Origin: the human T2T-CHM13v2.0 reference genome, Homo sapiens
Assembly: GCF_009914755.1 (NCBI RefSeq)
Contig: NC_060925.1
Reading direction: 5' to 3' (one strand)
DNA: 64,000 nt
Both the position numbers and the translations under genes were made by a program. The notes under the pieces are model-generated. The model saw only the letters and a program-made list of their open reading frames with translations, ran no database searches and had not been told where the DNA came from. Position 1 is the first letter of the stretch; each line of letters begins with the position of its first letter. Below are positions 56,601 through 64,000 of this stretch, piece by piece.

Positions 56601-59600
56601 ATTGAATGGAATTCTCATCAAATGGAATTCAAAGGAATCATCATCAAATGGAACCGAATGGAATCCTCATTGAATGGAAATGAAAGGGGTCATCATCTAA
56701 TGGAATCGCATGGAATCATCATAAAATGGAATCGAATGGAATCAACATCAAATGGAATCAAATGGAATATTTGAACGGAATTGAATGGAATCGTCATCGA
56801 ATGAATTGAATGCAATCATCGAATGGTCTCGAATGGAATCATCTTCAAATGGAATGCAATGGAATCATCGCATAGAATCGAAAGGAATTATCATCGAATG
56901 GAATCGAATGGAATCAACACCAAACGGAAAAAAACGGAATTATCGAATGGAATCGAAGAGAATCATCGAATGGACCCGAATGGAATCATCTAATGGAATG
57001 GAAAGGAATAATCCATGGACTCGAATGCAATCATCATCGAATGGAATCGAATGGAATCATCCAATGGACTCGAATGGAATAATCATTGAACGGAATCGAA
57101 TGGAATCATCATCGGATGGAAATGAATGGAATCATCATCGAATGGAATCGAATAGAATTATGGAATGAAATCCAGTGTGATCATCATCGAATGGACCCGA
57201 ATGGAATCATCATCCAACGGATGCTAATGGAATCAACATCGAATGAATCAAATGGAAACACCATCGAATTGAAACGAATGGAATTACCATGAAATTGAAA
57301 TGGATGGACTCATCATCGAATGGATTCGAAAGGAATCATCGAATAAAATTGATTGAAATCATCATCGAATGGAATCGAATGGTATCATTGAATGGAATCG
57401 AATGGAATCATCATCAGATGGAAATGAATGGAATCGTCATAGAATGGAATCGAATGGATTCATTGAATGGAATCAGATGGAATCATTGAATGGACTGGAA
57501 TGGAATCATTGAATGGACTCGAAAGGGATCATTATTGAATGGAATTGAATGGAATCATCGAATGGTCTCGATTGGAATCATTATCAAATGGAATCGAATG
57601 GAATCACCGAATAGAATCGAATGGAACAATCATCGAATGGACTCAAATGGAATTATCCTCAAATGGAATTGAATGGAATTATCGAATGCAATCGAATGGA
57701 ATTATCGAATGCAATCGAATAGAATCATCGAATGGACTCGAATGGAATCATCGAATGGAATGGAATGGAACAGTCAATGAACTCGAATGGAATCATCATT
57801 GAATGGAATCGAATGGAATCATCGAGTGGAATCGAATGTAATCATCATCAAATGGAATCAAAAATAACCATCATCAAATGGAATCAAAAATAACCATCAT
57901 CAATTGGTATTGAATGGAATTCTCATCAAATGGAATTCAAAGGAATCATCATCAAATGGAACCGAATGGAATCCTCATTGAATGGAAATGAAAGGGGTCA
58001 TCATCTAATGGAATCGCATGGAATCATCATCAAATGGAATCGAATGGAATCAACATCAAATGGAATCAAATGGAATCATTGAACGGAATTGAATGGAATC
58101 GTCATCGAATGAATTGAATGCAATCATCGAATGGTCTCGAATGGAATCATCTTCAAATGGAATGGAATGGAATCATCGCATAGAATCGAATGGAATTTTC
58201 ATCGAATGGAATCGAATGGAATCAACATCAAACGGAAAAAAACGGAATTATCGAATGGAATCGAAGAGAATCACCGAATGGACCCGAATGGAATCATCTA
58301 ATGGAATGGAATGGAATAATCCATGGACTCGAATGCAATCATCATCGAATGGAATCGAATGGAATCATCGAATGGACTCGAATGGAATAATCATTGAACG
58401 GAATCGAATGGAATCATCATCGGATGGAAATGAATGGAATCATCATCGAATGGAATCGAATAGAATTATGGAATGAAATCCAGTGTGATCATCATCGAAT
58501 GGACCCGAATGGAATCATCATCCAACGGAAGCTAATGGAATCAACATCGAATGAATCAAATGGAAACACCATCGAATTGAAACGAATGGAATTACCATGA
58601 AATTGAAATGGATGGACTCATCCTCAAATGGATTCGAGTGGAATCATCGAATAAAATTGATTGAAATCATCATCGAATGGAATCGAATGGTATCATTGAA
58701 TGGAATCGAATGGAATCATCATCAGATGGAAATGAAAGGAATCGTCATAGAATGGAATCGAATGGATTCATTGAATGGAATCAGATGGAATCATTGAATG
58801 GACTGGAATGGAATCATTGAATGGACTCGAAAGGGATCATTATTGAATGGAATTGAATGGAATCATCGAATGGTCTCGATTGGAATCATTATCAAATGGA
58901 ATCGAATGGAATCACCGAATAGAATCGAATGGAACAATCATCGAATGGACTCAAATGGAATTATCCTCAAATGGAATTGAATGGAATTATCGAATGCAAT
59001 CGAATGGAATTATCGAATGCAATCGAATAGAATCATCGAATGGACTCGAATGGAATCATCGAATGGAATGGAATGGAACAGTCAATGAACTCGAATGGAA
59101 TCATCATTGAATGGAATCGAATGGAATCATCGAGTGGAATCGAATGTAATCATCATCAAATGGAATCAAAAATAACCATCATCAAATGGAATCAAAAATA
59201 ACCATCATCAATTGGTATTGAATGGAATTCTCATCAAATGGAATTCAAAGGAATCATCATCAAATGGAACCGAATGGAATCCTCATTGAATGGAAATGAA
59301 AGGGGTCATCATCTAATGGAATCGCATGGAATCATCATAAAATGGAATCGAATGGAATCAACATCAAATGGAATCAAATGGAATATTTGAACGGAATTGA
59401 ATGGAATCGTCATCGAATGAATTGAATGCAATCATCGAATGGTCTCGAATGGAATCATCTTCAAATGGAATGCAATGGAATCATCGCATAGAATCGAAAG
59501 GAATTATCATCGAATGGAATCGAATGGAATCAACACCAAACGGAAAAAAACGGAATTATCGAATGGAATCGAAGAGAATCATCGAATGGACCCGAATGGA

Positions 59601-62600
59601 ATCATCTAATGGAATGGAAAGGAATAATCCATGGACTCGAATGCAATCATCATCGAATGGAATCGAATGGAATCATCCAATGGACTCGAATGGAATAATC
59701 ATTGAACGGAATCGAATGGAATCATCATCGGATGGAAATGAATGGAATCATCATCGAATGGAATCGAATAGAATTATGGAATGAAATCCAGTGTGATCAT
59801 CATCGAATGGACCCGAATGGAATCATCATCCAACGGATGCTAATGGAATCAACATCGAATGAATCAAATGGAAACACCATCGAATTGAAACGAATGGAAT
59901 TACCATGAAATTGAAATGGATGGACTCATCATCGAATGGATTCGAAAGGAATCATCGAATAAAATTGATTGAAATCATCATCGAATGGAATCGAATGGTA
60001 TCATTGAATGGAATCGAATGGAATCATCATCAGATGGAAATGAATGGAATCGTCATAGAATGGAATCGAATGGATTCATTGAATGGAATCAGATGGAATC
60101 ATTGAATGGACTGGAATGGAATCATTGAATGGACTCGAAAGGGATCATTATTGAATGGAATTGAATGGAATCATCGAATGGTCTCGATTGGAATCATTAT
60201 CAAATGGAATCGAATGGAATCACCGAATAGAATCGAATGGAACAATCATCGAATGGACTCAAATGGAATTATCCTCAAATGGAATTGAATGGAATTATCG
60301 AATGCAATCGAATGGAATTATCGAATGCAATCGAATAGAATCATCGAATGGACTCGAATGGAATCATCGAATGGAATGGAATGGAACAGTCAATGAACTC
60401 GAATGGAATCATCATTGAATGGAATCGAATGGAATCATCGAGTGGAATCGAATGTAATCATCATCAAATGGAATCAAAAATAACCATCATCAAATGGAAT
60501 CAAAAATAACCATCATCAATTGGTATTGAATGGAATTCTCATCAAATGGAATTCAAAGGAATCATCATCAAATGGAACCGAATGGAATCCTCATTGAATG
60601 GAAATGAAAGGGGTCATCATCTAATGGAATCGCATGGAATCATCATCAAATGGAATCGAATGGAATCAACATCAAATGGAATCAAATGGAATCATTGAAC
60701 GGAATTGAATGGAATCGTCATCGAATGAATTGAATGCAATCATCGAATGGTCTCGAATGGAATCATCTTCAAATGGAATGGAATGGAATCATCGCATAGA
60801 ATCGAATGGAATTTTCATCGAATGGAATCGAATGGAATCAACATCAAACGGAAAAAAACGGAATTATCGAATGGAATCGAAGAGAATCACCGAATGGACC
60901 CGAATGGAATCATCTAATGGAATGGAATGGAATAATCCATGGACTCGAATGCAATCATCATCGAATGGAATCGAATGGAATCATCGAATGGACTCGAATG
61001 GAATAATCATTGAACGGAATCGAATGGAATCATCATCGGATGGAAATGAATGGAATCATCATCGAATGGAATCGAATAGAATTATGGAATGAAATCCAGT
61101 GTGATCATCATCGAATGGACCCGAATGGAATCATCATCCAACGGAAGCTAATGGAATCAACATCGAATGAATCAAATGGAAACACCATCGAATTGAAACG
61201 AATGGAATTACCATGAAATTGAAATGGATGGACTCATCCTCAAATGGATTCGAGTGGAATCATCGAATAAAATTGATTGAAATCATCATCGAATGGAATC
61301 GAATGGTATCATTGAATGGAATCGAATGGAATCATCATCAGATGGAAATGAAAGGAATCGTCATAGAATGGAATCGAATGGATTCATTGAATGGAATCAG
61401 ATGGAATCATTGAATGGACTGGAATGGAATCATTGAATGGACTCGAAAGGGATCATTATTGAATGGAATTGAATGGAATCATCGAATGGTCTCGATTGGA
61501 ATCATTATCAAATGGAATCGAATGGAATCACCGAATAGAATCGAATGGAACAATCATCGAATGGACTCAAATGGAATTATCCTCAAATGGAATTGAATGG
61601 AATTATCGAATGCAATCGAATGGAATTATCGAATGCAATCGAATAGAATCATCGAATGGACTCGAATGGAATCATCGAATGGAATGGAATGGAACAGTCA
61701 ATGAACTCGAATGGAATCATCATTGAATGGAATCGAATGGAATCATCGAGTGGAATCGAATGTAATCATCATCAAATGGAATCAAAAATAACCATCATCA
61801 AATGGAATCAAAAATAACCATCATCAATTGGTATTGAATGGAATTCTCATCAAATGGAATTCAAAGGAATCATCATCAAATGGAACCGAATGGAATCCTC
61901 ATTGAATGGAAATGAAAGGGGTCATCATCTAATGGAATCGCATGGAATCATCATAAAATGGAATCGAATGGAATCAACATCAAATGGAATCAAATGGAAT
62001 ATTTGAACGGAATTGAATGGAATCGTCATCGAATGAATTGAATGCAATCATCGAATGGTCTCGAATGGAATCATCTTCAAATGGAATGCAATGGAATCAT
62101 CGCATAGAATCGAAAGGAATTATCATCGAATGGAATCGAATGGAATCAACACCAAACGGAAAAAAACGGAATTATCGAATGGAATCGAAGAGAATCATCG
62201 AATGGACCCGAATGGAATCATCTAATGGAATGGAAAGGAATAATCCATGGACTCGAATGCAATCATCATCGAATGGAATCGAATGGAATCATCCAATGGA
62301 CTCGAATGGAATAATCATTGAACGGAATCGAATGGAATCATCATCGGATGGAAATGAATGGAATCATCATCGAATGGAATCGAATAGAATTATGGAATGA
62401 AATCCAGTGTGATCATCATCGAATGGACCCGAATGGAATCATCATCCAACGGATGCTAATGGAATCAACATCGAATGAATCAAATGGAAACACCATCGAA
62501 TTGAAACGAATGGAATTACCATGAAATTGAAATGGATGGACTCATCATCGAATGGATTCGAAAGGAATCATCGAATAAAATTGATTGAAATCATCATCGA

Positions 62601-62700
62601 ATGGAATCGAATGGTATCATTGAATGGAATCGAATGGAATCATCATCAGATGGAAATGAATGGAATCGTCATAGAATGGAATCGAATGGATTCATTGAAT
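47629..62700 (+). repeat. Domain 3: array of about 12 consecutive 1,308-bp units of two variant types (X and Y)
   Basis: Markers at 47629, 48937, 50245, 51553, 52861, 54169, 55477, 56785, 58093, 59401, 60709 and 62017 are all exactly 1,308 apart, and there are no A modules. Confidence 0.95.
55477..62700 (+). repeat. 2,616-bp XY dimer higher-order repeat with near-identical copies
   Basis: X units (GGAATTTTCATC, AATCACCGAATGGACC, CTCATCCTCAAATGGATTCGAGTG) start at 55477, 58093 and 60709. Y units (GGAATATTTGAAC, ATCGAAAGGAATT, CGGATGCTAAT, TTCGAAAGG) start at 56785, 59401 and 62017. Confidence 0.92.
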
Positions 62701-64000
62701 GGAATCAGATGGAATCATCGAATGGACTGGAATGGAATCATTGAATGGACTCGAAAGAGATCATGATTGAATGGAATCGAATAGAATCATCGAATGGTCT
62801 CGATTGGAATCATTATCAAATGGAATCGAATGGAATCACCGAATAGAATCGAATGGAACAATCATCGAATGGACTCAAATGGAATTATCCTCAAATGGAA
62901 TCGAATGGAATTATCGAATGCAATCGAATAGAATCATCGAATGGACTCGAATGGAATCATCGAATGGAATGGAATGGAACAGTCAATGAACTCGAATGGA
63001 ATCATCATTGAATGGAATCGAATGGAATCATCGAGTGGAATCGAATGGAATTATGATCAAATGGAATCGAATGTAATCATCATCAAATGGAATCAAAAAT
63101 AACCATCATCAATTGGTATTGAATGGAATTGTCATCAAATGGAATTCAAAGGAAACATCATCAAATGGAACCGAATGGAATCCTCATTGAATGGAAATGA
63201 AAGGGGTCATCATCTAATGGAATCGCATGGAATCATCATCAAATGGAATCGAATGGAATCATCATCAAATGGAATCTAATGGAATCATTCAACAGAATTG
63301 AATGGAATCGTCATCGAATGAATTGAATGCAATCATCGAATGGTCTCGAATGGAACCATCTTCTAATGGAAAGGAATGGAATCATCGCATAGAATCGAAT
63401 GGAATTGTCATCGAATGGAATCGAATGGTATCAACACCAAACGGAAAAAAACGGAATTATCGAATGGAATCGAAGAGAATCTTCGAACGGACCCGAATGG
63501 AATCATCTAATGGAATGGAATGGAATAATCCATGGACTCGAATGCAATCATCATCGAATGGAATCGAATGGAATCATCGAATGGACTCGAATGGAATAAT
63601 CATTGAACGGAATCGAATGGAATCATCATCGGATGGAAACGAATGGAATCATCATCGGATGGGAATGAAAGGAGTCATCATCTAATGGAATTGCATGGAA
63701 TCATCGTAAAATGGAATCGAATGGAATCAACATCAAATGGAATCAAATGGAATCATTGAACGGAATTGAATGGAATCGTCATCGAATGAATTGAATGCAA
63801 TCATCGAATGGTCTCGAATGGAATCATCTTCAAATGGAATGGAATGGAATCATTGCATAGAATCGAATGGAATTATCATCGAATGGAATCGAATGGTATC
63901 AACATCAAACGGGAAAAAACGGAATTATCGAATGGAATCGAAGAGAATCTTCGAACGTACCCGAATGGAATCATCTAATGGAGTGGAATGGAATAATCCA
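62700..64000 (+). repeat. Domain 4 start: return to A+B (1,776-type) units of a different lineage
   Basis: The ancestral GGAATTATGATC segment and a single AAAAATAACC reappear at about 63045-63110. An A module starts at 63302 and the next module at 63770 (+468). Several SNPs here are not seen upstream. Confidence 0.85.

Larger units (their letters stand above)
1..64000 (+). repeat. Human satellite II (HSat2, HSat2A-type, probably 1q12 pericentromeric heterochromatin) tandem array; GGAAT strand on +
   Basis: Seen: continuous GAATGGAATC/GAATGGAATCATC(ATC) repeats with very dense TCGA sites, no unique sequence and no strand switch. Known: CATTCGATTC-type diverged pentamers with ATG inserts define HSat2 rather than HSat3, and a 1.77-kb EcoRI unit is the classical chr1 satellite II unit. 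The chromosome assignment is inference. Confidence 0.96.

Noticed and set aside
5-63685. Numerous + strand ORFs of 60-163 aa (MESSSNEL..., MKLKWMD..., rich in NGIEW/MES/HR)
   Set aside because: These are low-complexity translations of GAATGGAATC(ATC)n in overlapping frames. ATG is part of the repeat, stops are gained and lost freely between copies, and there is no domain, promoter or splice context. They are spurious satellite-derived ORFs and were used only as position markers.
1-64000. CRISPR-like or other repeat-spacer array
   Set aside because: There are no unique spacers. The intervening sequence is itself the same degenerate pentamer satellite, and there are no cas genes.
1-64000. HSat3, alpha satellite or telomeric repeat
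   Set aside because: There are no long pure (GGAAT)n runs, no 171-bp period or CENP-B box, and no TTAGGG. The ATC inserts and TCGA density indicate HSat2.
1-64000. Inversions or transposon (Alu/L1) insertions
   Set aside because: No CATTC-strand segment, poly-A tail or non-satellite stretch was seen, and marker spacings account for the full length.

Overview
The whole 64 kb window is one uninterrupted, single-orientation tandem satellite array: human classical satellite II (HSat2). It is built from diverged GGAAT/CATTC pentamers arranged as GAATGGAATC plus GAATGGAATC(ATC)1-2, giving 23/26-bp sub-units. The dominant unit is 1,776 bp with one conserved EcoRI site, which matches the 1.77-kb HSat2A unit classically described for chromosome 1q12; that locus assignment is inferred. 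I see no genes, RNA genes, transposons, inversions or unique sequence, and all ORF-track entries are translation artefacts of the repeat. The real structure is architectural. Each unit is a 1,308-bp core (B) preceded by 0, 1 or 2 extra copies of a 468-bp module (A), giving units of 1,308, 1,776 and about 2,244 bp. These are organised into successive domains: a 12,634-bp duplication (1-19.4 kb), a 7,545-bp higher-order repeat with a 5,301-bp deletion derivative (about 27-47.6 kb), and a 1,308-bp array that goes from a 3,924-bp trimer to a near-identical 2,616-bp dimer (47.6-62.7 kb). The last 1.3 kb returns abruptly to a different 1,776-type lineage. Periods were derived from recurring marker positions (module starts at 396, 864, 2172 and so on) and shared SNPs read by eye, so domain borders are approximate. 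I found no evidence for a novel coding system.
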